From a bacterium (GTDB lineage Bacteria; Sysuimicrobiota; Sysuimicrobiia; Sysuimicrobiales; Humicultoraceae), in the NCBI GenBank assembly GCA_041497675.1, contig JBGQGY010000054.1:1-22786 (forward strand): a stretch of DNA of 22,786 bases, written 5' to 3'. Below, in pieces: positions 1 through 9,136 of the stretch. Position numbers and translations under genes: made by a program. Numbering within the stretch: position 1 is the first letter of the stretch; every line of letters begins with the position of its first letter. The notes under the pieces were generated by a model that saw only the letters and a program-made list of their open reading frames with translations, was not told the DNA's origin and searched no databases.

Positions 1-834
1 CGTCTGGATGACCCCCGTCAGTACGCCGTCATCATCGACCGGATCTCACACGAAGTGCCCTACTATCGGGGGCACCTGAAGTACGCCGCCCTGACCGGCA
101 CGACCGTGATCAACAATCCGTTTTGGTGGTCGGCGGACGAGAAGTTCTTCGGGACCGCGCTGCTGGCGCGCCTGGGCATCGCCGTCCCGCGCACGGTGTT
201 GCTGCCAAACAAAGCCTATATCGAGGACATCACAACAGCGTCGCTACGGAATCTGCGCTACCCGATCCCGTGGGAAGAGATCGCCGAGTACATCCGGTTC
301 CCCGCTATCCTCAAGCCCAATATCGGCGGCGGCTTCAAACAGGTGTCCAAAGTACAGTCGCTTGAGGATCTCTGGCGCTGTTACGATGAAACCGGTCTGC
401 AGACCATGATCCTGCAAGAGTACATCGAGTTCGACCACTACGTCCGCTGCATCTGCATCGGCCGGCGCGAGATCATGCCGATTCGCTGGGACCCGCGCCT
501 CTACTGGACCGAACGGTACATCGTCGACCACCAGCACCTCACGCCCGATCTCGGCGCCCGCGTCGTCCACGACGCGCGGTTGATCTGCGAGACGCTGGGC
601 TTCGACATGAACACCGTCGAGTTCGCCATCCGCGATAATGTGCCGTACGCGATCGACTTTCTGAACCCCGCCCCGGACTTCGAGCAAGCGCGGGTCCGCG
701 ATGTCTACTTCCATTGGGTCGTGGAGAAAATGGCCGACCTGGCGATCAACTACGCGCGGATGGCGGAGCACCCACCGGGCCGGCTGCGTTGGGACCGCTT
801 CATCCGCGAAGTCGGAGTCGAGGCGTCGCTCTAG
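1..834 (+). CDS. ATP-grasp domain protein (RimK/glutathione synthase-like ligase), 5'-truncated by the window edge
   Basis: Frame 1 is open from base 1 (RLDDPRQYAVIIDRISHEVPYYR...), so the true start lies upstream. ATP-grasp motifs: VINNP..SADEK, PRT, FPAILKPNIGGG, ILQEYI, NTVEF..YAIDFLNPAPD. Confidence 0.85.
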   Translation, partial: RLDDPRQYAVIIDRISHEVPYYRGHLKYAALTGTTVINNPFWWSADEKFFGTALLARLGIAVPRTVLLPNKAYIEDITTASLRNLRYPIPWEEIAEYIRFPAILKPNIGGGFKQVSKVQSLEDLWRCYDETGLQTMILQEYIEFDHYVRCICIGRREIMPIRWDPRLYWTERYIVDHQHLTPDLGARVVHDARLICETLGFDMNTVEFAIRDNVPYAIDFLNPAPDFEQARVRDVYFHWVVEKMADLAINYARMAEHPPGRLRWDRFIREVGVEASL

Positions 835-1442
835 CGCCGCGCCGCGTAGCGCACGGCGGCTTGGATCCCCTGAACAGTCAGGCTGTGCGCGTACGGTCCG
901 TCGGGGTTGTCGAAGATCCACACGTGCATCATCTCGACGGCCTCGCCGAGAAACGTTGACCCCGGCGGACACTGCCCCGGGGCCATAGCCACATCCGCCG
1001 CGCCTGTGCTAGTGATGCACAGGTTGTCGTGGGCGTGCCACTCGGTCACGGGGCCGCCGGGCCGCGGACCCTGCCCCTTGGGAGCGAGAAACATCACGCC
1101 GATCAACACGCTACGGCCATCCTGCGTCCTCATGTAGACCAGGGCCGAGGGTCGCTCAGGATCGAGAAACCGCTTCTCACGAGTGTACTGCCGGTTGTTG
1201 AAGTGCGCCGGTCCCCACTGGCCGAATCGGAACGGCGTCGTCTGCTGGTACCCTTCGCCGGTCGCGGTCTGGATGTTGGCCAACCGCGCGCTCCCGGTTT
1301 TCACATCGTCCACCAGTTTGGCGGCCGCCGCCTGCTGCTCTGGGGTGGACGGCGCAGGCCCTGCAGCATATCCACCAGGAGACAGCGCGACCAGGAAGCC
1401 CGCCAGCATTGTTGTCGCCAAAATCATCGCCCGCCGTCCCAT
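831..1442 (-). CDS. Hypothetical exported protein with conserved-looking His motifs (203 aa)
   Basis: ATG at 1442 lies 9 nt after GAGGAG. Signal-peptide-like N-terminus (MGRRAMILATTMLAGFLVALSPGGYAA). Motifs PAHF, LDPERPSALVY, WHAHDNLC and MMHVWIFDNPDGPY. Confidence 0.75.
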   Translation of the reverse strand: MGRRAMILATTMLAGFLVALSPGGYAAGPAPSTPEQQAAAAKLVDDVKTGSARLANIQTATGEGYQQTTPFRFGQWGPAHFNNRQYTREKRFLDPERPSALVYMRTQDGRSVLIGVMFLAPKGQGPRPGGPVTEWHAHDNLCITSTGAADVAMAPGQCPPGSTFLGEAVEMMHVWIFDNPDGPYAHSLTVQGIQAAVRYAARR

Positions 1443-1491
1443 ACCATCACGCTCCTCTGACCGGGTTAAACGGTACAAGGTCCTCGGAGGT

Positions 1492-2772
1492 TTACTGCCC
1501 AGAGAGACTCTCGAGACGCTCAAAGAAGTCGGGGAACGTCTTCGTCACACACTCCGGGTCGGCGATGCGCACGCCGGGCGCGCGCAACCCCGTGATCGCA
1601 AACGCCATCGCGATCCGGTGGTCGCCGTACGTTTCGATTACGGCCGGCTTGACCGGCCGTGGCATGATCTTCACTCCGTCCTCAAATTCCTCCACGTCTT
1701 GCCCCAACCGCCGTAGCGCGGCCGCTGTGGCCGCCAGACGATCCGATTCCTGGTGGCGGATGTGCGCCACGCCGCGGATCCTGGTCGGCCCGCTCGCGAA
1801 CGGCGCTACCGCGGCCAGCGTCATCGTCTGATCGCTCAAGGCGCTGAGATCGACGTCAAGACCTCGCAGCGTCTTACCGCCGCGGACCTCGAGATACGCG
1901 CCGGCGCGCTCGACCGTGCATCCCATGCGTTCGAACAGATCGACGATCCCGGCGTCGCCCTGGAGCGACGCTGCAGATAGCCCCAAGACGCGCACGCGGC
2001 CGCCGGTGATCGCCGCCGCCGCGAAAAAGTACGCGGCGCTGCTGGCGTCGGGTTCCACTGCATAGTCCCGCGCGCGATAGTGCTGCCCGCCGGGGATGCG
2101 GAACCGGCGCAGGTCTTCGTACTCGATGCGGGCGCCAAACTCGCGCATAACCGCCACGGTCATCTCCACGTACGGCGCGCCGACCAGCCGCCCGTCGACC
2201 GAGAGGTCGACATCGTGGGACGCGTAGGGCGCCGCCATCAGGATGGCCGAGACAAACTGGCTGCTGATCTCGCCACGCACCGTTGCCCGGCCTCCGCGGA
2301 GGCCGCGGGCGTCCACGACGACCGGCGGAGAACCGCCCGTGGACGACGCGGTCGCGCCCAACGCCGCCAGCGCGTCCAACAGGTCCTGAATCGGCCGCTC
2401 GCGCATCCGGGCCGACCCGTCGAGGCGGTACCGGCCCCGGCCCAGCGCGACCATCGCCGTCAAGAACCGCGCGGCCGTACCGGCGTTGCCGACGAAGAGG
2501 TCGGCCGCCGCGGCGGGAATCCGGCCGCCGAGACCGTGGACGATCATGCTCAGTGCCTCCGCCTGGACGTCCACGTCAAAGCCGAGCCGACGCAACGAAT
2601 CTACCATCACCACTGTATCGTCGCTGAACAATGCATTCGACAGCCGCGTCGCTCCCTGCGCGAGCGACGCGATGATGAGTGCGCGGTTGGTGAGGCTCTT
2701 GGAACCCGGGATGGGCACCACGGCATCGGGCGGTGCGGCAAGCGGTGTGATCTTCCGCACCACGGCCGGCAT
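1492..2772 (-). CDS. aroA: 3-phosphoshikimate 1-carboxyvinyltransferase (EPSP synthase)
   Basis: Motifs PGSKSLTNR, GNAGTAARF, SSQFVSA, EPDASSA, ESDR, DHRIAM and CVTKTFP. ATG 2772 (MPAVVRKI) is preferred over 2847, which lies inside aroH. Confidence 0.97.
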   Translation of the reverse strand: MPAVVRKITPLAAPPDAVVPIPGSKSLTNRALIIASLAQGATRLSNALFSDDTVVMVDSLRRLGFDVDVQAEALSMIVHGLGGRIPAAAADLFVGNAGTAARFLTAMVALGRGRYRLDGSARMRERPIQDLLDALAALGATASSTGGSPPVVVDARGLRGGRATVRGEISSQFVSAILMAAPYASHDVDLSVDGRLVGAPYVEMTVAVMREFGARIEYEDLRRFRIPGGQHYRARDYAVEPDASSAAYFFAAAAITGGRVRVLGLSAASLQGDAGIVDLFERMGCTVERAGAYLEVRGGKTLRGLDVDLSALSDQTMTLAAVAPFASGPTRIRGVAHIRHQESDRLAATAAALRRLGQDVEEFEDGVKIMPRPVKPAVIETYGDHRIAMAFAITGLRAPGVRIADPECVTKTFPDFFERLESLSGQ

Positions 2773-2779
2773 GGCAGAG

Positions 2780-3193
2780 TCAGCCTCGCTTTGCGCCGGC
2801 GCCTGCTGACTTGGACTTGAGGTCCGGGCGCAGGGTTTCTGCGCCATCGAGGTACACGTGGACGATCTCTGCCTGCGCTCTGGGCGTGTTCCAGAGCATC
2901 AGGACACGAACACAGCGGGGGAGCGCGCCTGGGACGTTCATCTCGATCGCCGACATGAGCGGAACCGCCTGCCACCCCAACTGCCGGGCCGCTTCTGCGG
3001 GGAACGCCGCGTTCAGGTCCGGCGTCGCGGTGAAAATGATCGCGGCAATCTCGTCGGATTCTACGTCGTTGGCACGGACGATCTCTCCCAACAGCCGCCG
3101 GGTGGCATCGCGAACCGCCGCCTCCTGGTTCGCCTCCACCGTAATGGCCCCGCGAATCCCACGTATGTGCATGAGATCTTTGACCCCGATCAC
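2780..3193 (-). CDS. aroH: Chorismate mutase, AroH class
   Basis: Motifs IRGIRGAITV, FTATPDLNAAFPA, EMNVPGALPRCVRVL and HVYLDGAETLRPD. GTG 3193 overlaps the upstream stop (GTGA); ATG 3172 is an alternative start. Confidence 0.95.
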   Translation of the reverse strand: MIGVKDLMHIRGIRGAITVEANQEAAVRDATRRLLGEIVRANDVESDEIAAIIFTATPDLNAAFPAEAARQLGWQAVPLMSAIEMNVPGALPRCVRVLMLWNTPRAQAEIVHVYLDGAETLRPDLKSKSAGAGAKRG

Positions 3194-4752
3194 GTCGCAG
3201 CCTGACAGGCGTGAAGCACTTCCCGCATCAATCCCTCCGGCACATCCACACCGAGCCGGGCATGGCCGATGCCTTCTGGAAGGCTACAGCGAATCCTGCC
3301 ACCACGGATCTTCTTGTCCAACCGCATGGCGTCGAGCACCAGATCGACGGGTCCCGCGGGCACATCAACAGGCAATCCCAGCCGCCCGAGCAGTGCGTTC
3401 TGCCGGCCGGCGTCGGCGACGGTCAACAGTCCGAGCCGGACGGCCACCTCGGCTTCCGCGCGCATCCCGATGGCGATCGCTTCCCCATGGACGAAGCGGC
3501 CGGGCAGCGCGGCTTCGACCGCATGCCCAACCGTGTGGCCGTAGTTCAGCACCTGGCGGGGGCCGCGTTCCGGCTCGTCCTGCTCCACGACGCGCGCCTT
3601 GAGCGTCACGCAGCGGGCGACGATATTGACCAATTCATCGCCGCGCTCCACGAGGTCAAGAAGCCCGCCGTCGAGCACCATCCCACACTTCACGGCCTCG
3701 GCCAATCCTGCGCGGCGCTCACGCGGCGGCAGCGAGCGCAACGTGTCGACGTCGGCGATGACCAGCGCCGGTTGCCAGACGACCCCGATCAGATTCTTCG
3801 CGCGTGGGTGGTTCACGGCGGTCTTCCCACCGATGCTGCTGTCCACCTGGGCAAGCAGTGTCGTGGGCACCTGCACCAGCCGCAGGCCCCGCATGTATGT
3901 CCCGGCGACGAAACCGGCCAGGTCACCAATCACCCCGCCGCCAAGCGCCATGATCGTGTCCGTGCGGTCCATCCCCGCAGCCGCACACGCGTCGAACAGG
4001 ATGGCGGCCTGCCGCAGGTTCTTCACCCGTTCACCGACCGGCACGATGACGGACTGGACGGTGAACCCCAAGCCTTCGAGCGACCTGGTAACGCCGGTCC
4101 CGAATCGTCGCATGAGCGCGCGGTGGCTCACGATCAGCACGCGACGACCTGCACCCAGGGCGTGCACATCGTGGCCAACGAACGGTAGGATGCCTGCGCC
4201 GATGTGTACATTGTACGACCGTGCACCGAGGTGCACTCTGATTGTCGCGCGGCTGGCACCCGCCACACGCGCGACGGTGTCCTGTACGACTTCATCAATC
4301 GGACGGTCTGCGTTAATGGTCAGGCTCGCTTCTTCGTAAAGCGCTCGCCGTTGATCGTAGAGACGCGCCAGCGCCGCACGTGGGTCCGCGCCGAGCAGCG
4401 GCCGGCTCGGATCGTCACCGAGTCGCTCGAGTAGCGCGCCGGGCGTAGCCTGTAGATACACCACCGGACCTGCCCGCTGCATCAATCGCCGGATCGCCGC
4501 CGACAGTACGACGCCACCGCCGGTTGCGACCACCGTCGACGTCCCCCGGGCCGCCTCGCGTACCACCGCCTGCTCCACTTTGCGAAAATATGGCTCGCCG
4601 GACGCGGCGAACATCTCGCTGATCGACCGGCCCTCGCGGGCGACGATCTCGGCGTCGGTGTCGACGAAGGTCCAGCCCAATCGCGTGGCCAGGGCACGGC
4701 CGACCTGTGTCTTTCCCGATCCCATCATTCCGGTCAGGAAGACGACCCGCAT
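3190..4752 (-). CDS. aroB: Bifunctional shikimate kinase / 3-dehydroquinate synthase (AroK-AroB fusion)
   Basis: N-terminal kinase motifs GMMGSGKT, DTD, GEPYFR, ATGGG and RPLL. C-terminal DHQS motifs GGGVIGD, PTTLLAQVDSSIGGKT, NYGHTVGH and HGEA. Single open frame; ATG 4752 is 2 nt after the upstream stop. Confidence 0.95.
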   Translation of the reverse strand: MRVVFLTGMMGSGKTQVGRALATRLGWTFVDTDAEIVAREGRSISEMFAASGEPYFRKVEQAVVREAARGTSTVVATGGGVVLSAAIRRLMQRAGPVVYLQATPGALLERLGDDPSRPLLGADPRAALARLYDQRRALYEEASLTINADRPIDEVVQDTVARVAGASRATIRVHLGARSYNVHIGAGILPFVGHDVHALGAGRRVLIVSHRALMRRFGTGVTRSLEGLGFTVQSVIVPVGERVKNLRQAAILFDACAAAGMDRTDTIMALGGGVIGDLAGFVAGTYMRGLRLVQVPTTLLAQVDSSIGGKTAVNHPRAKNLIGVVWQPALVIADVDTLRSLPPRERRAGLAEAVKCGMVLDGGLLDLVERGDELVNIVARCVTLKARVVEQDEPERGPRQVLNYGHTVGHAVEAALPGRFVHGEAIAIGMRAEAEVAVRLGLLTVADAGRQNALLGRLGLPVDVPAGPVDLVLDAMRLDKKIRGGRIRCSLPEGIGHARLGVDVPEGLMREVLHACQAAT

Positions 4753-4754
4753 CC

Positions 4755-5339
4755 TCACACCCACCATGACCGGCGCGCGCGCCGCCATTCACGTCTCAAC
4801 AGGCCGAACGCGACGCGATCGTAGGCACGCTGTGGTGTCACGTAGGCTTCGCGAAACCTGGCCTCCGGACGGAATCCCAGCCCGCGCGCCGTCCGGATCA
4901 TCCGGGCGTTCCCTGACCACGTGCGTAAACCGACCCGCCGGATCGGCATCACGTCAAACAGGTGCTCGACCCATAGTGCCAGCGCCGCGGTCCCATAGCC
5001 TTTTCCCCAGTGCCGCGACTCGTAGAGGCCGATGCCGACATCCAACCATTGCGTGCGCTCGTCGACCCAGTACCGTGACACCGACCCCACCGGCACGCCC
5101 CGCTGCGTCTCGATCACCATGCGTCTGGGTGGCGAGGCGGGGTCCCGGACCAGGACGGCCAGCCGGGACGGCACACTGCGGAGTTCCCGACGCGTGGGTG
5201 CACCTTCCCACGGCGTATCCCATCGCCACCACGTCCCGCGACGCATCGCCGCGACGAGCCAACGCTCGTCATCGAGGCGGAACGTTCGCAGGTTGACCCG
5301 GTCGCCAACGATCGTGAGCGCCACCGCGCCCGTCGTCAC
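4755..5339 (-). CDS. GNAT family N-acetyltransferase (RimJ/RimL-like)
   Basis: Motifs GDRVNLR, DVGIGLY..HWGKGYGTAAL, TWSGNARMIRTARGLGF and EARFR. GTG 5339 lies 7 nt after GGGAG; the longer ORF-track start at 5552 overlaps the divergent gene. Confidence 0.88.
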   Translation of the reverse strand: MTTGAVALTIVGDRVNLRTFRLDDERWLVAAMRRGTWWRWDTPWEGAPTRRELRSVPSRLAVLVRDPASPPRRMVIETQRGVPVGSVSRYWVDERTQWLDVGIGLYESRHWGKGYGTAALALWVEHLFDVMPIRRVGLRTWSGNARMIRTARGLGFRPEARFREAYVTPQRAYDRVAFGLLRREWRRARRSWWV

Positions 5340-5370
5340 CACATCGCTCCCAAGGGTACCGCGTGATCCT

Positions 5371-5398
5371 GTAGGGGTTTCGCTTGGGTCACCCGAAC
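5371..5398 (+). promoter_or_regulatory. Putative SigH-like promoter for the PaaK-like triplet (possibly leaderless)
   Basis: GTAGGG-N18-GAAC, followed 10 nt later by GTG 5409, which has no Shine-Dalgarno sequence. Confidence 0.4.
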
Positions 5399-5408
5399 AG
5401 CCTTTTCT

Positions 5409-6746
5409 GTGGTTCGGCTGCTTCGGTCGTTGGGGCGCAGCGCCTCGCTGCTTGACCAGCTGCGACGCGCGGTCGCGCTCGACCGCCTCGCTTACGACCC
5501 GGTCGCCCTTCACCGACACCAGAGCTCGCAACTGCAACGGTTGATCCGCCACGCCGCGCTGCGCGTCCCCTTTTACCGGGATCGGTATCGTGATGCCGGC
5601 GTTGATCCCGACGCGGTCCGGACGATCGATGATCTTTCTCGGCTCCCGCTGGTCTCTCGCGCCGATCTCCGCTCTGCTTTCCCCACCCGCCTGCTGGCCG
5701 AAGGATCGTCCCCGGCAGATTGCTTTCTCGTGGAGACGACCGGATCAACCGGGGAGCCCATCAGGCTCTACAAGGACTGGCCGGCGCTCGCCGCCTTTGC
5801 GGCCTGGAGTTCACCGTTCATGGTCCGCCGGTGGTGGGGTGTCTCCGGGCTCCGGTTGATGACGCTGCTGGTGCGCCACGAGCGCTCGATGGAGCAGGCG
5901 ATCGTCGGGGCGCTCCCGCGATTTCTCCTGCGCGTCCACGCCGCTGATGCGCTGACCTCACCGGACGAGCAACTCGGCGAGATCCATCGTGCCCGCCCCG
6001 ACATCCTTGCCACGTATCCATCGGTGCTCACGACGCTGGCGACCCGGATGCTGGAAACCGGGGCCCGCATTCCGCAGCCAAAGCTGCTGGCCACGTCGGC
6101 TGAAGTCCTGGATCCTCACGCCAGACGCCTGATCGGACAGGCGTTCACCGGCCGATTGGTGAACTTGTACGCCAGTACGGAAGCCGGTTTTATCGCGGTC
6201 GAGTGCCTGGCCGGACGCGGGCTGCACGTCAATAGCCCCCGCGTCATCGTCGAGGTGCTGAACGACGGCCGGCCCGCGGCGCCCGGCGAAGCGGGCACCG
6301 TGGTCGTTACCGATCTGACGAACTTCAGTTGCCCGATCATCCGCTATCAAGGTCTACACGATATCGCGCGGTGGAGCCCAGATCGGTGTTCCTGCGGCCG
6401 GCACTTCCCATTGCTGGAGGTCGTCGAAGGCCGCCGCGTGGACACGTTTGTCCTGCCCGATGGTCGCCTGCTGCATCCGTTTACGCTGACACTGGCCATG
6501 GAGCACATCCCGGGTGTCACGCGCTTCCAGATCGTGCAGGAAGCCACTGATCGTGTCCGCGTGCTCGTCGTTCCCAACGGTCGGGCGGCGCCTGAGCTCA
6601 TAACGCTTGTCGCCGGCGAATTCGGACGCATGCTCGGGCCGCGCGTGCGCATTGACGTGGACGCGGTCGACACCATCCCGGCTCCGGCAGGGGCACACTG
6701 GCCGCCGACGGTACGCTCCTTGATTGCACACCGGCAGGTGGACTGA
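5409..6746 (+). CDS. Phenylacetate-CoA ligase family (PaaK/CapK-like) adenylate-forming protein, copy 1
   Basis: Motifs VPFYR, P-loop ETTGSTGEP, TSAE, YASTE, EC...GLH, PIIRY..HD, CSCGR and EGRRVD. No Lys at the expected C-terminal A10 position (PAGAHWPPTV). Confidence 0.88.
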   Translation: MVRLLRSLGRSASLLDQLRRAVALDRLAYDPVALHRHQSSQLQRLIRHAALRVPFYRDRYRDAGVDPDAVRTIDDLSRLPLVSRADLRSAFPTRLLAEGSSPADCFLVETTGSTGEPIRLYKDWPALAAFAAWSSPFMVRRWWGVSGLRLMTLLVRHERSMEQAIVGALPRFLLRVHAADALTSPDEQLGEIHRARPDILATYPSVLTTLATRMLETGARIPQPKLLATSAEVLDPHARRLIGQAFTGRLVNLYASTEAGFIAVECLAGRGLHVNSPRVIVEVLNDGRPAAPGEAGTVVVTDLTNFSCPIIRYQGLHDIARWSPDRCSCGRHFPLLEVVEGRRVDTFVLPDGRLLHPFTLTLAMEHIPGVTRFQIVQEATDRVRVLVVPNGRAAPELITLVAGEFGRMLGPRVRIDVDAVDTIPAPAGAHWPPTVRSLIAHRQVD

Positions 6747-8231
6747 TGCCGGGCGCGTACGCCGAACGGGACATCGAGTGTGCTCCGCTCGGGCGACTGC
6801 GTGGGATGCACGACGCCGCCCTGGCCGGTGGGCTCATCCACCGCGCCATGCGGTCCGCTCTGTACCACCGCGTCTGGACCGAGGCGGGTGTCGCGCCTGA
6901 AACAATCCGGCGGGTCGACGACCTGCAGCGAATCCCGTACATCACCGGCGGCACGTTGCGTGACGCGTGGGAGTCGCACGCCCCAGACGAGATCCTCTGC
7001 AGCAACGATGTGCGCGTCTGGTTTGCCACCTCGGGGACGACCGGCGCGCCCAAGTGGACGCCGTATGGTCGCGCCGAACTCGATCTGCTGCAGCGCACGG
7101 CGCTTCGGGACTTCTATATGTGTGTGGGGGATGTCACGGGGCTCCGGTGTCTGGTGTTTGCCACGCCCGCGCCGTTTATCAGCGATGGCGCCGGGTACTT
7201 CAACCTATTCGGGCAGATCCGCCGCGGGATCCGCATCGAGTACCTGCTCACGTCTTACGCACCGGAACAGGCACGTGCGGCGCTGGGGCTCGCCGCCGTG
7301 AGACGTCCGTACGGGATCATCGCCTTTCCCAGCCTGGCGATGCGCGTCGCGGAGATCGTCGCAGACGAAGCGCCCGCTGCCGCGCGCGCCGCGTTTCGGC
7401 AGGACCGCACGCTGCGCGGGCTGGCCGGGGTCGTAGCGACCCGGGCGATGCGGGTCACCGCCCGTCACGTCCTGGGACCGCGCATCGGGGTATTTACCGG
7501 CGAGGCCCTCACCCCGTTTTCGGGACCCGCTGCGCCGCGCCTACGGACTGGACCCGTTTGAGCTCTACGCGATGACCGAGTTCCCGTGTTTTCATCTGGA
7601 CTGTCCCGAGCACGCCGGCATGCATTTTTGGACGGACACCTGTATCCCCGAAGTACTCCCCCAGGCCGAACTGTCACGGGAGGAACACGAGGGGATCGTG
7701 CCGCGTGCGGTGCCGCTGCTGGATGCGCCGCCGGGCACGACCGGCGAGCTCGTGCTCACCACCTGGACCGCGGCCCTGCCGCTTATTCGCTACCGGACCT
7801 CCGATCTGATCGAAGTCGTTGGGCTGGAGCGCTGCGGCTGCGGGCGCACGCATCCACGCGTGCGGATCCATGGCCGTCGCGACGACCTCATCAACTTCGG
7901 ATTGATCCGGTTCAGCACAATGGAACTGGAGAACCGTCTGCAGTCACTCACAGGACCCTCAGCCGTGTCGTCCTGGCAGCTCCACATCGTACGGGAAGAT
8001 TACCGGCCGCGGCCCATTCTCTTCATCGTCCCCGCGGCCGGCGCCGACCCCGCGCGGACGGCCGCGGACGCGCGCGACCGGTTGCTCGACATCGTCGCGC
8101 TGCGTCTCGGGGTCGAGAACGGGCTCGTCCTCAACCCTGAGATCCGCATCGTCGATCGCCTCGAGGACGAACGGACGTGGAGCGGCAAACCGAAACGCAT
8201 CATCGACCGGACGCCGGTCGCGCGGCCGTGA
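6746..8231 (+). pseudogene. PaaK-family adenylate-forming protein, copy 2, split by a single-base frameshift near 7512-7520 (pseudogene, sequencing error or recoding)
   Basis: ORF 6746-7561 carries ATSGTTGAPK and FTGE. ORF 7572-8231 carries MTE, DC..H.GMH, PLIRYRTSD, CGCGR, GRRDD and SGKPKR. Removing one base from CCCCGTTTT gives continuous GEALTPFRDPLRRAYGLDPFELYAMTEF (494 aa). TGATG overlap with copy 1. Confidence 0.85.
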
Positions 8232-9136
8232 GCGACCTCGCCGCCGAAGCCATCACGCTGGCGTGGCGGACGCGCTTTTATCGCCGCCGCTGGCATCGCG
8301 CCCCGACGGGCTCCGGGCCGCCCACCCTCGGCTCGGTGCCGGTGACCACTCCTGCCGCGTGGGAGCAGGCTGTGCGCAGGAATCCCGGCGACGTCCTCAC
8401 CGATGTCCCGGCGCTCTGGACCCGGACCCGCCAGGCCGATCGTGATCTGTGGTTCCCCATCGGCCACCGCGATCTGCCGCGGGCGGTTGCGCACGCCGAG
8501 GCGGCGCTGCGTCGTGTCGGTGTCAACGACGGTACCCGAATGCTCGCCGTCCTCCCGCCCGCGCCATCTATGTGGAACGCTCTGCCGTATCTCCTCCTCG
8601 AGTCCAATCTTACCGTGGAGGTTCTCCCGCTTTCGCTCGAGACCGTGACCTACAAACCGTCGCTGGCCGCCTTTCCACTGGCCAGACAGCCTGACGTCTT
8701 TCTCGCGTCCCGCGTCCTGGCGGCGGAACTGGCCCGTCTGGCCGGGTCGCTGCCCACGTGGCGCCGGACCATCCTGTACCTGGACGGCGGTCCGCCGCTC
8801 TTCGATGAACGCTTGCTGGCACTGCCGGGGTGTTGCGCGCCGATCGCACGCTGTGACGCCGCGGGGTGGCACGTGCCGCGAGATGCCGGAGTGGCCGAGA
8901 TCCACCCGGACGGCTTCGACGCCGGCGCGCCACCGGTACGTCCGGTCGCCGGCGCCGCAGAACACGAACGGGGTGTGCTGGTCTTTACCGCTTTTTCGTC
9001 AGTGGCTCCGGTGGTCCGGTTTGCCACCGGATTGACCATCCGCGCCGCCGGACCCCACCCGTGCCCCTGCGGTGACCCGGCCCCGCGATTCTTCCTCGAT
9101 GGGTCGCCCGACGGATCGCCTAGGTCGCCCGCTTGA
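8228..9136 (+). CDS. Degenerate PaaK-like protein, copy 3 (no P-loop, no C-terminal subdomain; 302 aa)
   Basis: GTG 8228 overlaps the upstream stop (GTGA). Collinear with copy 2: RFYRRRW, VPVTT, C...GWH, GVLVFTAFSSVAPVVRFATG, CPCG. The TSGTTG and YxxTE motifs are not recognisable. Confidence 0.7.
   Translation: MSDLAAEAITLAWRTRFYRRRWHRAPTGSGPPTLGSVPVTTPAAWEQAVRRNPGDVLTDVPALWTRTRQADRDLWFPIGHRDLPRAVAHAEAALRRVGVNDGTRMLAVLPPAPSMWNALPYLLLESNLTVEVLPLSLETVTYKPSLAAFPLARQPDVFLASRVLAAELARLAGSLPTWRRTILYLDGGPPLFDERLLALPGCCAPIARCDAAGWHVPRDAGVAEIHPDGFDAGAPPVRPVAGAAEHERGVLVFTAFSSVAPVVRFATGLTIRAAGPHPCPCGDPAPRFFLDGSPDGSPRSPA

Noticed and set aside
1735..1770. AroA motif RHQESDR instead of RxKExDR
   Set aside because: This position varies naturally (for example His in actinobacterial enzymes), and all other motifs are intact.
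3190..4752. AroK-AroB fusion as a novelty
   Set aside because: Shikimate kinase/DHQ synthase fusions are already known in several bacterial groups.
7572..8231. Treating 7572-8231 as an independent gene
   Set aside because: It starts in the middle of the conserved YxxTE motif without an SD and is the continuation of 6746-7561 after a one-base frameshift.
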